DNA of 64,000 nt from the NCBI GenBank assembly GCA_003510435.1, contig DOMK01000010.1:41487-105486 (forward strand). Direction: 5' to 3'. The position numbers and the translations under genes were made by a program. Below the pieces are notes generated by a model. That model saw only the letters and a list, made by a program, of their open reading frames with translations. It made no database searches and had not been told where the DNA came from. Of the stretch, positions 19,731-29,578 are shown piece by piece. This DNA is from Candidatus Magasanikiibacteriota bacterium (GTDB lineage: Bacteria; Patescibacteriota; Patescibacteriia; Magasanikbacterales; UBA922). Numbering within the stretch: the first letter of the stretch is position 1; every line of letters begins with the position of its first letter.

Positions 19731-20615
19731 TTAATTTGTCACTACCATTGTTGTTTGTCTTTGTTTAATTTCAGATATTATCATGGCTATAAAAATTAGC
19801 AGGCCACCAATCAAAGTGTGTGAGGTTATTTGTTCATTTAAATATAGATAAGCTACTAAAACTGCAAATAGTGGTTCAAAAGAAAAAATAATAGCGGTTT
19901 TGAGCTCGGTAATATAGCGTTGCATATAGGCTTGAGTAGTATACATATAAGCACTGGCAAAAATTGCACAAAATAAAATAGCTTTCCAAACATTCCAATC
20001 TCCAGAAATTGTTATTCTGTAGTTTGTTATTAGCCCTACTATACCGGTAATTATTCCTACAGTAAATAATTGTGTTATGACAAATAAAGAGGCATTGATG
20101 TTTTTAACTAATTTAGTTATCAAAATTAAATGGGTTGCTAAAGCAAAAGTTGCTAATAATACCCAGACATCACCAATGTTTATGGAAAATTTATTTTTTA
20201 AAGTTAATAAAGCCAAACCTCCTAATGCTAATACTATGGCTATAATCTGGTTTACTTTTGGTAATTTTTTATTGATTACAGAAATAATAATTGGAACTAA
20301 AATTACTACTAAGCCAGTAATAAAACCAGCGTTAGAAGCAGTAGTATATTTTATTCCAGTAGTCTGCAATATAAATCCAGCAGAGAGGATTGTGCCAAGT
20401 AAAATTCCTTTCCACAAAATTTCTTTTGTATATAATTTAAATTTATTTGCAAAGATGATAGCCAACAGAATTGAAGCAATAATAAATCTGATTGAGAGAA
20501 AAGAATAAACGTCAACAATACCCACCGCTTGTTTGGTAAATGAAAAAGTGGCACCCCAAAATAACACGCCCAAGAGTATCATCCAAGTTGCTAGTTTTGA
20601 CTTTTCTATCGTCAT
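19731..20615 (-). CDS. DMT/EamA family transporter
   Basis: About 10 TMs, FWGATF, duplicated EamA layout; start MTIEK overlaps the pyrC stop (ATGA). Confidence 0.88.
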   Translation of the reverse strand: MTIEKSKLATWMILLGVLFWGATFSFTKQAVGIVDVYSFLSIRFIIASILLAIIFANKFKLYTKEILWKGILLGTILSAGFILQTTGIKYTTASNAGFITGLVVILVPIIISVINKKLPKVNQIIAIVLALGGLALLTLKNKFSINIGDVWVLLATFALATHLILITKLVKNINASLFVITQLFTVGIITGIVGLITNYRITISGDWNVWKAILFCAIFASAYMYTTQAYMQRYITELKTAIIFSFEPLFAVLVAYLYLNEQITSHTLIGGLLIFIAMIISEIKQRQTTMVVTN

Positions 20616-21796
20616 AAAATAATTACTCTTTGATTTAAAATAGTGGCGATGGGCCAGCCGCGGAGTGATAATCCAACAAATGGACTCCAACCGCATTTAG
20701 TTTTTAAATTTTCATTGGTTACTTCTTTTTCTAGATCCAGATCAATTATAACCAAGTCGTTTGTCTCAGGAATGTTAAAGATTTTTTGGATGTTGAAATG
20801 CGTTAATTCAGTAATTTTTTCTAAGGTAATTTTACCGTTTTTAAACTCATTTAGCAAGAGGGGTAAAGTAGTTTCTAATCCTGGTACGCCTGATGGGGAA
20901 TTGGGATATGGCTTAGCTTTTTCTTCTAGGGTATGTGGGGCATGGTCTGTTCCAATAGTATCAATTGTACCGTCTAAAATGGCTTGCCAGAGGGCTTTTT
21001 GATCGTTTTTGGTACGAAGGGGCGGATTCATCTGCCCCAGGGTCCCTAGGTGATTATAATCATCTTCTGATAGAAATAAATGGTGAGGGGTGACTTCAGC
21101 ATAGATCTTAATACTCTCTAATTTGGCTTGTTTAATCAATTCAATTTCTTCTTTAGTACTGACATGACAGATATAGAGTTTGGTGTTGTATTTTTGAGCA
21201 AGTTTGATGGCTTGAGAAACGGCTGTAATAGCAGCATCTCGTGAGCGTATTTTCGAATGATCTTTTACATTGTTACATTGTCCCATTGTTACATTGTTGT
21301 TTTTAATGACAGCTTCGCTCTCTGCATGTACTGCCACAATCAAATTTAACTCTGCACAGGTTTTAAAAATATTTTCTTGATCTTCAATTTTATCAACTAA
21401 TAAATCACCAGTACTGGCACCCATGAAAAGTTTTACACCAATAATTTCGTTTTTACATTTGGCAAATTCAGTATAATTATTTGGCGTTGCTCCAAGATAT
21501 AAATAATAATTCAAAGGAATATTTATTTCGTCCAATTGTTTATCAATTATTTTTTTCTTGTGCTCAAGTGCTAAGGTGCTTATAGTGCTTGGTGAGTTAT
21601 TAGGCATGTCAAATACTGTAGTGTAACCACCTGCCATGGCAGCTTGCGCACCAGTCTGCCAATTTTCTTTGTGTTCAGATCCTGGAGTACGAAAGTGAAC
21701 GTGAGGATCAATTAAGGCTGGTAATGCTAAGAGATTGCCTTTGATTTCGGGTAAGTCTAATTCAAGAGTCTGATTGTTCCAGGTTTTGATTAACAT
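20612..21796 (-). CDS. pyrC: Dihydroorotase
   Basis: DPHVHFR, DMPN, HAE, EVTPHHL, NPPLR, TDHAPH. Confidence 0.95.
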   Translation of the reverse strand: MLIKTWNNQTLELDLPEIKGNLLALPALIDPHVHFRTPGSEHKENWQTGAQAAMAGGYTTVFDMPNNSPSTISTLALEHKKKIIDKQLDEINIPLNYYLYLGATPNNYTEFAKCKNEIIGVKLFMGASTGDLLVDKIEDQENIFKTCAELNLIVAVHAESEAVIKNNNVTMGQCNNVKDHSKIRSRDAAITAVSQAIKLAQKYNTKLYICHVSTKEEIELIKQAKLESIKIYAEVTPHHLFLSEDDYNHLGTLGQMNPPLRTKNDQKALWQAILDGTIDTIGTDHAPHTLEEKAKPYPNSPSGVPGLETTLPLLLNEFKNGKITLEKITELTHFNIQKIFNIPETNDLVIIDLDLEKEVTNENLKTKCGWSPFVGLSLRGWPIATILNQRVIIL

Positions 21797-21799
21797 TTT

Positions 21800-21866
21800 T
21801 CACATATCACGTATCACATATCACGTATCACAGTTGTTATGTGTTACGTGTTTTATGTTACGTGAA
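21800..21866. repeat. Inverted heptamer repeat (TCACGTA/TCACATA)
   Basis: Family also at 55611-55686, 42086-42116, 46403-46440. Confidence 0.65.
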
Positions 21867-21869
21867 AAA

Positions 21870-22814
21870 TTAATTTGTAATTCGCGTTCCTGATTTACCT
21901 TCTAGTGCACTAGCAAGTTTATTCGGTGAAGTAATGATGGCTTCTTTCCCACCGTTTTCTAAAAAATTAATTACCGCCTGAATTTTTGGTAACATAGAAC
22001 CTTTGGCAAAATGATTTTGTTCAATGTACTTTTTTAATTCCTGAATATTTATTTTTTCTAATTTTTTCTGATCTGGTTTGCCAAAATTTATATAAACATT
22101 ATCCACGGCGGTGGCAATGACAAGAGTGTCGGCTTTTATTTGATTGGCAAGAAGGGCAGAAGCAAAATCTTTATCAATTACTGCTTCGACACCTTTTAAT
22201 TTTCCTCTTTCCTCTACAACTGGAATACCACCGCCACCGCAAGCAATAACAATGGTATTATTTTTTATTAATTCTTGCACAATATCTTTTTCAATTACAT
22301 CAATTGGTTTGGGAGAAGCCACAACTCGACGCCAGCCTCGACCAGCGTCTTCTTCTACTGCCCAGCCATATTTTTTGTACAAAGTTTTGGCTTGAGCTTT
22401 GGTATAAAAAGAGCCAATCGGTTTGGTTGGGTTGTTAAAAGCAGGATCATTTTTGTCCACCAAAACCTGGGTGACAACAGTCACGGCTTTTTTGTTCAAT
22501 TTTTTCTTGGTAATAATATTATCCAAGCTTTGTTGAAGATAAAAACCAATTGCACCTTGAGTTTCTGCATCAGCCGTGTCCAAAGGCACACGATGTAATT
22601 TTAATTGATTAAAACCCAATTCAGATCTTTGCATAATAAAACCAACCTGTGGTCCGTTGCCATGGGTAATAACAATTTCTAAATTTTTGCTGAATAGTGG
22701 AAGCAAAGCTTCGCAAGTTTTTTTTACTTGGAAATATTGGTCTTTTTCGGTTTGGTGTTCTTTATCTTTGATAAGAGCATTACCACCAACAGCGATGACG
22801 ATTCTTTTTGACAT
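21870..22814 (-). CDS. arcC: Carbamate kinase
   Basis: GGNAL, THGNGPQVG, PTKPIG, RRVVASP, EAVIDKD, GSMLPK. Confidence 0.96.
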   Translation of the reverse strand: MSKRIVIAVGGNALIKDKEHQTEKDQYFQVKKTCEALLPLFSKNLEIVITHGNGPQVGFIMQRSELGFNQLKLHRVPLDTADAETQGAIGFYLQQSLDNIITKKKLNKKAVTVVTQVLVDKNDPAFNNPTKPIGSFYTKAQAKTLYKKYGWAVEEDAGRGWRRVVASPKPIDVIEKDIVQELIKNNTIVIACGGGGIPVVEERGKLKGVEAVIDKDFASALLANQIKADTLVIATAVDNVYINFGKPDQKKLEKINIQELKKYIEQNHFAKGSMLPKIQAVINFLENGGKEAIITSPNKLASALEGKSGTRITN

Positions 22815-22816
22815 AA

Positions 22817-23299
22817 TTAGTTATGTTTGTATTCTTTTATTTCTGTTTGATGAAAAGTTTTTTCACAATAATGGCATCTTAGTTTTATTTCTTCTTTGGA
22901 TTTTATGGTAAGAAATTTACTACTCATGGTTTCGTTATTAGTTATGCATTTTGGATTGGGGCAGACAACGACATATTCAATAATGTCTGGTAAAGTGACA
23001 TGAAATTTTTTGACCACTTCATAATTTTTGATAATATTAATTGTACCATCTGGCGCCAAAATTGCAATCCGATTAATTTGTTCCGGAGTTAGTTCCAAGT
23101 CTTCAACTTTTATTAAATCTTTGAACTTCATAGCCTTGCTGGGTAAGTTCAAACCAACAGTGACGAGCTTGTTGTGATCTGCTAAATTGAGCAAACGGAT
23201 AATTTTCAAGGCATGGCCAGCGGTAATGTGGTCAATGACTGTGCCGTCTTTGATGGCGGTGACCAGGAGCTGTTTGGAATTTTCAGTTTTTTGTGGCAT
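22817..23299 (-). CDS. pyrI: Aspartate carbamoyltransferase regulatory chain
   Basis: IKDGTVIDHI, CPNPKCIT, CHYCE zinc motif. Confidence 0.96.
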   Translation of the reverse strand: MPQKTENSKQLLVTAIKDGTVIDHITAGHALKIIRLLNLADHNKLVTVGLNLPSKAMKFKDLIKVEDLELTPEQINRIAILAPDGTINIIKNYEVVKKFHVTLPDIIEYVVVCPNPKCITNNETMSSKFLTIKSKEEIKLRCHYCEKTFHQTEIKEYKHN

Positions 23300-23395
23300 A
23301 TAAAATAGGTTATTTATTTAAAGTAATTTTATTCGACCGATAACCCGTTTTTGTAATTGTTGTAGGTGTATGGTTATTGGCGTCAGGAGTCAGGA

Positions 23396-24316
23396 TTAAA
23401 GTTTTCCCAATACTAATCCAAGTAACGCTTGTCTCACATACAAACCATTTTCCGCTTGTTCAAAATAATAGGCATGTTTGGTCGCATCAACATCAGTCGT
23501 GATTTCATTGACGCGTGGCAAGGGATGCATGATGCGTAAATTTGGTTTGGCTTTGTCGAGCATTTTGGCTTTGAGAATAAAAACATTTTTTACCCGTTCA
23601 TATTCCATCGGGTCGGCAAATCTTTCACCTTGAATTCTGGTCATGTACAAAATATCTACTTTGTTAACTACTTCTTCTATTTTTTTGTGTAATGAAAATT
23701 TAACTTTTTTGGCTTTTAATTCATCACAAATATATTCTGGCATTTGTAAATTATCTGGAGCCACAAAATATAATTTAGCATTGAAATGAACTAGAGCTTG
23801 AGCTAGAGAATGAGTAGTCCGACCATATTTCAAATCGCCAACTAAGGCAATTTCCAAACCTTCAAGTTTTTTCTGACATTCTTGGATAGTAAATAAATCT
23901 AATAGAGTTTGCGTTGGATGTTGGTTGGCACCATCACCGCCATTTAAAATTGGTTTGTCGGTCGCTTCACTAGCGCGTCTAGCTGCACCCTCAATCGGAT
24001 GACGCATGGCAACTACATCTACATATTGGCCAATGATTTTAATGGCATCGTAAAGGGTTTCACCTTTTTTGGCCGAAGTGACGCCAGGATCTGCAAAGCC
24101 AACGACTTTTCCACCCAAGCGATTCATAGCGGTTTCAAAAGATAAGCGAGTTCTAGTAGATGGTTCAAAAAAACAACTGCCCATGACTTTGTTTTCCAAT
24201 AATTTTGGTTGAGGTTTTTGTTTTAGTTCGCGCGCGATTTTTAAAATATGCAACATTTCTGGTTTGGTTAACTCAGAAATGGAGATGATGTCCCTACCTT
24301 TGAAGTTTAATGCCAT
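23396..24316 (-). CDS. pyrB: Aspartate carbamoyltransferase catalytic chain
   Basis: [29 protein letters not shown]. Confidence 0.97.
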   Translation of the reverse strand: MALNFKGRDIISISELTKPEMLHILKIARELKQKPQPKLLENKVMGSCFFEPSTRTRLSFETAMNRLGGKVVGFADPGVTSAKKGETLYDAIKIIGQYVDVVAMRHPIEGAARRASEATDKPILNGGDGANQHPTQTLLDLFTIQECQKKLEGLEIALVGDLKYGRTTHSLAQALVHFNAKLYFVAPDNLQMPEYICDELKAKKVKFSLHKKIEEVVNKVDILYMTRIQGERFADPMEYERVKNVFILKAKMLDKAKPNLRIMHPLPRVNEITTDVDATKHAYYFEQAENGLYVRQALLGLVLGKL

Positions 24317-24515
24317 ATAACATTGATTACACTGATTTAATACTTGCCTGAGGGCAAGGATTTCACAGATTGTGATTGAATAAATTTTTTTAATATAATT
24401 CTGTTTTAATCCGTTTGTATCTGTTTAATCTGCTGTTTCTAATTCGTTTGGTTGTAATTGTTTACAGCAGATTGAACAGATTATAACAAATTATAATGGA
24501 GCAAAATAAATTAAT

Positions 24516-25439
24516 TTAAGTATAAATTTCATTAGTTAGACAGTGATATGAACCACCAGCAAAACGGAAATAGGTCAGGGGGGCAGAATAGCGTTTTATT
24601 TTCAAAGCTTTTAGTTTATTTTCTACACCAGGAGTAGAAAATTTACCACAGTTCATCATTAGTCCTGGGGCAGTAAAGGTATTTACCGTGTAATTACCTA
24701 GGATATTGCCATGACCCGACGAGTCCATAGAGTTTACATAGATTATTGTACCACCTAGCTTTTTTAAAGCCAAGAGGCTATTTTTACTAATCATATTTTT
24801 GGCCACTATAAAGGCTGTTAGATTATTATTTTTATCCACCACAGGGCTAAAAACCGTATCGAGGTGATAGCCATTAGATTTTATTAGACAATAATGATCA
24901 GGTTTTATAATGCTTCTAACAAAGTCATGACCTTTCTTATTTGATCTAGATAAACCGCCAAAATAATATGTACCATAATTAGTTTCTAAGAAAAAAGCTT
25001 CGCCAAATTCTATATACGCGTCTTTGGGTGGAGTAATGATTTGTTTTTTGAATTTTTTGGCAATAATCGGTGCCCAGACATCAGCTTCTGGTTGTCTGAC
25101 CCGTGCGCTAAAACTGGCTTTGATCCAATAATTCTTGTACATCATACCAACATCGCGAATAAAAATTCCATCATGGTGTAGGCTGTCAATTTGGTTAAGT
25201 TCATTTGGAAAAGGTAATAAATGAATTTTTAAACCAGCGGTTTTAAAATTAGAAATAAATTTGTTATATTCACGTCGCATTACTTTTTGATCAGGAATAA
25301 CATGATGATTATGGGCGTAGACAGTAGCGTAATTTAGACTGTTCTTCGTACGGCCTTTGTGGACAGGGTAGCCACTGTACCAAGCGCCAGTTATTTCTCC
25401 ATGAGCTTTTGGCAGATCAACTAGGATGATTTCGTTCAT
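24516..25439 (-). CDS. Amidinotransferase/arginine deiminase-like (pentein) hydrolase
   Basis: FIRD, EFGE, HLDT and C-terminal GGSYHCLT catalytic Cys. Confidence 0.85.
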   Translation of the reverse strand: MNEIILVDLPKAHGEITGAWYSGYPVHKGRTKNSLNYATVYAHNHHVIPDQKVMRREYNKFISNFKTAGLKIHLLPFPNELNQIDSLHHDGIFIRDVGMMYKNYWIKASFSARVRQPEADVWAPIIAKKFKKQIITPPKDAYIEFGEAFFLETNYGTYYFGGLSRSNKKGHDFVRSIIKPDHYCLIKSNGYHLDTVFSPVVDKNNNLTAFIVAKNMISKNSLLALKKLGGTIIYVNSMDSSGHGNILGNYTVNTFTAPGLMMNCGKFSTPGVENKLKALKIKRYSAPLTYFRFAGGSYHCLTNEIYT

Positions 25440-25570
25440 AGTTTGTTGAAAGTAAATTTAAATTAAAAGTAAAAATATTTTCTGTTTATTTCTGTTCAAT
25501 TCCGTTTTCTCTGTTGTTAATTTTACAACAGAATAAACAGAACTAACGGAATAAAACAGAGGCTATCTTT

Positions 25571-25601
25571 AAAAAATAAATCACTACCTAATGGTAGTGA
25601 T
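25571..25601 (-). terminator. Attenuator terminator in the pyr operon leader
   Basis: Minus strand reads ATCACTACC-ATTA-GGTAGTGAT-TTATTTTTT. Confidence 0.7.
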
Positions 25602-25685
25602 AAAATTAATAATGAATTGAGAAACAAATGCCCCTGATTTTAGTTTGAACAAATCGTGGTTTGGGATAGGGGATTGGTGTTTCAT
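25584..25685 (-). CDS. Putative 33-aa pyr operon leader peptide (pyrL-like)
   Basis: MKHQSPIPNHDLFKLKSGAFVSQFIINFITTIR*; starts just after the promoter, stop codon inside the terminator stem. Confidence 0.55.
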   Translation of the reverse strand: MKHQSPIPNHDLFKLKSGAFVSQFIINFITTIR

Positions 25686-25694
25686 ATTGGCAAT

Positions 25695-25723
25695 ATTTTA
25701 TCATTTCTCGGTTATTTTTGCAA
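25695..25723 (-). promoter_or_regulatory. Sigma70 promoter of the pyr operon
   Basis: TTGCAA-17 nt-TAAAAT with TG extension. Confidence 0.7.
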
Positions 25724-25755
25724 GAATCGGGGTTGGGGATATTTTTAAAGCTGGT

Positions 25756-26152
25756 TTAAAGTAATTTTTTAATTTTTAGAAAGAAATTTTTATCTTCATC
25801 ATAACTTAATATATCAGCTACTTTGTCAATTGGAATCCATTTTGCTTCAGGATTATCCGGGTCAGTTGCTTGTAGGTTTGTTTCAGTAGTTGTAAAATGT
25901 AACATGGTGATTTTTTTCTTAATATCCAAATCTTTTTTAGTTCCACGAGTATATAAACCTAACTCCTTAATAAAAATTAAGTCTTTAATTCCAGATTCTT
26001 CGTAGATTTCTCTTCTAGCCGTTTCCTCTACGGATTCATTATTATCAATATGTCCTTTTGGTAAAGTCCAAGTCTTAGTTTTATTTTGAAATACAATAAG
26101 AACATTACCATTGTTAATAATAACTCCCCCCCGCACTTACTTCTTCGATCAT
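25756..26152 (-). pseudogene. NUDIX hydrolase with a +1 frameshift in a G7 tract
   Basis: Nudix box GHIDNNESVEETARREIYEESG. ATG at 26152 gives MIEEVSAGG then a stop; removing one G restores SAGGVII. Confidence 0.75.
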
Positions 26153-26176
26153 AAGATAAAATTTTTAATTGTTCAT

Positions 26177-26431
26177 CTATTTTTTAACCACCACAACTGT
26201 CACTTTTGTGACTAAGGCGGCAAGAGCACCGACAGCGGCTAAAACCGGAGCCAAAATAATACTAGCTGTACCTATAGCAACACCAGCATTTAAAGGAATT
26301 TCTAAAAGCGTTTCGCCTTTATTATTATTTATAAGAATTTTTCTAGCCTTGCCTTTTTTTATAAGGTCTTTGACTTTGGCGAGTAATTCATCGCCACTAA
26401 TTTTGAATTCTTCATTTGATGGGGTTTTCAT
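26177..26431 (-). CDS. DUF4342-like small protein
   Basis: EEF.I.G.EL..KVK.LI..G..R.I...LLEIPL.AG pattern. Confidence 0.75.
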   Translation of the reverse strand: MKTPSNEEFKISGDELLAKVKDLIKKGKARKILINNNKGETLLEIPLNAGVAIGTASIILAPVLAAVGALAALVTKVTVVVVKK

Positions 26432-26438
26432 ATGATTA

Positions 26439-26798
26439 TTAATCAAATTTAAGTGTTATATAAAACATTCCCAATATTGACAAGATAATGGCTGAAGTAT
26501 TAATTATTTTAAGTATTTTTTTGTCTTCTGTTTTTTTGCCTAAAATTAGGGAAATAATTAAACCAATAATAATCCAAACGCCTAGATTAAGAAAAAAAGT
26601 TGGCCAAGTGTCAGTGGGTGGCCAATCGTTTCCCATTGGCGGAACTGGGTATTCAAAAATTTTAAGAGGAAATCCTCCGGTTGCGATTGGTTCGTTTATA
26701 TTTTCGTAAGCATTTGGTAGTTTTTTGTAAGAAAAAAATAAACTTAGCCAATGTAATATTGTGCCTATACTGATTATTGATAAAATTTTATTTTTCAT
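26439..26798 (-). CDS. Small membrane protein
   Basis: Three hydrophobic segments; GGFPL motif. Confidence 0.65.
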   Translation of the reverse strand: MKNKILSIISIGTILHWLSLFFSYKKLPNAYENINEPIATGGFPLKIFEYPVPPMGNDWPPTDTWPTFFLNLGVWIIIGLIISLILGKKTEDKKILKIINTSAIILSILGMFYITLKFD

Positions 26799-26810
26799 AT
26801 GTTTTGGTTA

Positions 26811-26898
26811 CAAGGGATTCACCCTTTCAGGTATCTTCGGCCTCTCATCCTACGCTAACCTGCCTGCGCAGACAGGAGCTTCGGAGGATTCGGAATTA
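26811..26898. repeat. Family A half element with two nested smaller palindromes
   Basis: AAGGGATTC..TTCGGAATTAA containing TCCTACGCTAA[CCTGCCTGCGCAGACAGG]AGCTTCGGAGGA. Confidence 0.7.
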
Positions 26899-28518
26899 AG
26901 AAAGTTTTTCTCTCAACAATTCTTCCGCCACTTTTGGATCAGCACTACCCTCAGAAGCTTTCATGACCATACCTTTGAGAAACTGTAAAACTGGTTCTTT
27001 GCCAGCTTTGTATTGGGCAACTTGCGCTGGATAGCTTTTGATAATCTCGTCAATAATTTCACCAAGTTTTCCCGTGTCACTCACTTGACCCCAGCCTTTT
27101 TCTTCCATAATATGAGTTGGGTCTTTATCCACATCAGAGCCAGCCATAATTAATAATATTTTATTAGCATTGGTAGAATTGACGCGGTCGTTGTAAATCA
27201 GAGCAATCAGTTCGGCAAAGTTTTCGGCACTAAATTTGACCTCGGAAATATCCAGATTTTTTTCTTTCAAGATTCCCATGAGTTTACTCGTAATCCAACC
27301 ACCAGCCAAACGAGCGACTTTTTGGGGAATATTTTCCGCTTTGTTTTTGCTCTCTGGCACAGAGTCTAGCCACTCAGTCAATTCGCTCATAACTTCTTCG
27401 GTAAATGTTGCCCAAGCTTTATCTTCACTTAGTAATTTGGCATCGTTATAAGAAAAATTATATTCTGCAAAAAATCTTTGCCGTTTACTCTGAGGTAATT
27501 CTGGTAAATGAATGGCACCAGCGATTTTCAAAGGATGAAATGGAGGAATATCGGGATCTGGAAAATAACGATAATCAGCGGCGTTTTCTTTTATCCGTTG
27601 TAAAACAGTTTCTTGTTTATTCTCATCCCAACCACGAGTTTGCTGAGGCCAGGGTTCATTTTTTTCTAATAATTCTGTCTGCCGTTTGATTTCAAATTCA
27701 ATGGCTTTTTCTACGGCTTTGAAAGAGTTAATATTTTTTACTTCCACTTTATTATTTAGTTTATAATCTCCCAGTGGTTTGACCACACCATCTACAATTT
27801 CAAATTTACCCGCTTCTTGCACTGATACATTGGCTTCACAGCGCATGTGGCCTTTTTCCATATCCGCATCACTCACTTCTAGAGCGCGCATAATACTACG
27901 CAATTCCTGACAATAAGTTTTGGCTTCTAAAGCAGATTTGAAATCTGGATCTGTCACAATTTCCACCAGGGGTGTACCACCACGATTAAAATCTACAAGG
28001 GTGTTTCCACCATTCTGAGGAGCCGTAGGTGACGAAGAATCTCGTTGTTTTTTGTGCGAACTAAGGGATCCTTCGACTCCCTCTGGTCGCTCAGGATTGG
28101 TGTCATGTAATAACTTAGCAGTGTCTTCTTCCAAATGGGCGCGAGTAATACCAATTTTGGCTTCGTCGCGAATATTATCTCCCAAAGGGAAAGTTAAAGT
28201 TAGACTGCCATGCTCGGCAATTGGTTCATCATATTGAGAAATCTGATAACCCTTTGGTAAATCTGGATAAAAGTAATGTTTGCGATCAAATTTGGAATAT
28301 TCGCGAATCGTACAACCAAGAGCTTTGCCAATTAAAACTGTCCAGACAATGGCTTTCTTGTTTGGTACTGGCAGAGTGCCAGGGTGGGCGAGGCAGATAG
28401 GACAGATATTAGTGTTTGGTTCAGCCAAATCAGGATCGTTTTTACACGAACAAAACATTTTGGACTTGGTTTTTAGTTCTACATGGACTTCCATGCCGAT
28501 TATTGGTGTATATTGCAT
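26896..28518 (-). CDS. gatB: Asp-tRNA(Asn)/Glu-tRNA(Gln) amidotransferase subunit B, with an in-frame palindromic insert
   Basis: IGMEVH, FDRKHYFYPDLPKGYQISQ, HLEED, NRGG, YRYFPDPD. Confidence 0.97.
   Translation of the reverse strand: MQYTPIIGMEVHVELKTKSKMFCSCKNDPDLAEPNTNICPICLAHPGTLPVPNKKAIVWTVLIGKALGCTIREYSKFDRKHYFYPDLPKGYQISQYDEPIAEHGSLTLTFPLGDNIRDEAKIGITRAHLEEDTAKLLHDTNPERPEGVEGSLSSHKKQRDSSSPTAPQNGGNTLVDFNRGGTPLVEIVTDPDFKSALEAKTYCQELRSIMRALEVSDADMEKGHMRCEANVSVQEAGKFEIVDGVVKPLGDYKLNNKVEVKNINSFKAVEKAIEFEIKRQTELLEKNEPWPQQTRGWDENKQETVLQRIKENAADYRYFPDPDIPPFHPLKIAGAIHLPELPQSKRQRFFAEYNFSYNDAKLLSEDKAWATFTEEVMSELTEWLDSVPESKNKAENIPQKVARLAGGWITSKLMGILKEKNLDISEVKFSAENFAELIALIYNDRVNSTNANKILLIMAGSDVDKDPTHIMEEKGWGQVSDTGKLGEIIDEIIKSYPAQVAQYKAGKEPVLQFLKGMVMKASEGSADPKVAEELLREKLS
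28011..28099. mobile_element. Family A palindromic element inserted in-frame in gatB
   Basis: ATTCTGAG..GAAGAATCTC...GGGATCCTTC..CTCAGGAT, same layout as 31885-32017. Confidence 0.8.
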
Positions 28519-28731
28519 AGTATTAATAGAAAATAAACAATAATTTGATAAAAGTTAAAATTTTTTCCTTACTCCTGACACCAATAACCAAGATTTAATA
28601 CTCACAGGGTCAGGTTATTGGAGTTTGGGGTTCGGAATCACAGGGATATTCTAGCATTTAATAGGGGATTTGAAAAGACTAATTTTAGAACAAAAAATCC
28701 ACCTCTTCGGCGGATTTAGTTTTGTAATTTT

Positions 28732-29517
28732 TTATTTCACTTCACTCGGCACATCAACTCTTTTTGTTATTGGGTTTTTCTTTAATTCTAGATAAAGAAT
28801 GGTTGGCGCTAGAGAAGATAGCGGAGTGATAATTAAACTAACAACTACATTAACTAGGGCAACTAGACCAACCAAAACTAAATATAGTGTGGTGGAATTT
28901 TCTGCAAGTTTTAGAATCATTCCTAATGGTAAATTTACTATCCATTGAATAATAATCATTACAAGACCAAATACAAAACCAGGAGCGAGTAAACGCCAGA
29001 AAGTGTCTCCCCAGCGTCCAGAAACCAATTGTTTGCTATGGCGCATGGCTTCTACACCACTAGTTTCTTCAATCGCTACACTATACAGAGAAAAAGTGAA
29101 CCAGATGGCGAATATTATTCCTGGCACAATTAATAATAATAAACCGCCGAAGACCGCTAATGAAGTAAGAATGGAAGCAATGATAGCGGGAATAATTAAT
29201 TTTTTGCTGTGTTCCAATTCTTCTTGATGAGTTTTTGTGGGTTGATTGTTGATAGTGTTAACCAGAGTTCTAATAAAAGCGATTGAGATCCAGATACTAA
29301 CTAATGAACTAGCGACGATGATTACAAAATATATAAGGGTGGTGGAACTAAATCCATAGACTTTTATAGCTTCTCTAAAAGAGCCGAGCATGGCTTCAGT
29401 TAAACCAAGAACACCGGCTGGTATAAAGAGTAAAATTAAATAAGGTATATAAACTTTATAATCTTTTTTATAAAGATCAATACTTTTTTGAATGATTTCT
29501 TTGGCAGAAATTAACAT
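28732..29517 (-). CDS. Multi-pass membrane protein
   Basis: GLLLLIVPGIIFAIWF..S..LV.GRW motif common in CPR membrane proteins. Confidence 0.8.
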   Translation of the reverse strand: MLISAKEIIQKSIDLYKKDYKVYIPYLILLFIPAGVLGLTEAMLGSFREAIKVYGFSSTTLIYFVIIVASSLVSIWISIAFIRTLVNTINNQPTKTHQEELEHSKKLIIPAIIASILTSLAVFGGLLLLIVPGIIFAIWFTFSLYSVAIEETSGVEAMRHSKQLVSGRWGDTFWRLLAPGFVFGLVMIIIQWIVNLPLGMILKLAENSTTLYLVLVGLVALVNVVVSLIITPLSSLAPTILYLELKKNPITKRVDVPSEVK

Positions 29518-29578
29518 AGAGTTATGTAATTTAAAGATTTAAAATATTTAAGAGATTTAAAATATTGGTTATTTGTAA

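Noticed and set aside
28011-28099. Intein or self-splicing intron in gatB
   Set aside because: Too short, no intein terminal residues or group I/II core; matches the intergenic palindrome family.
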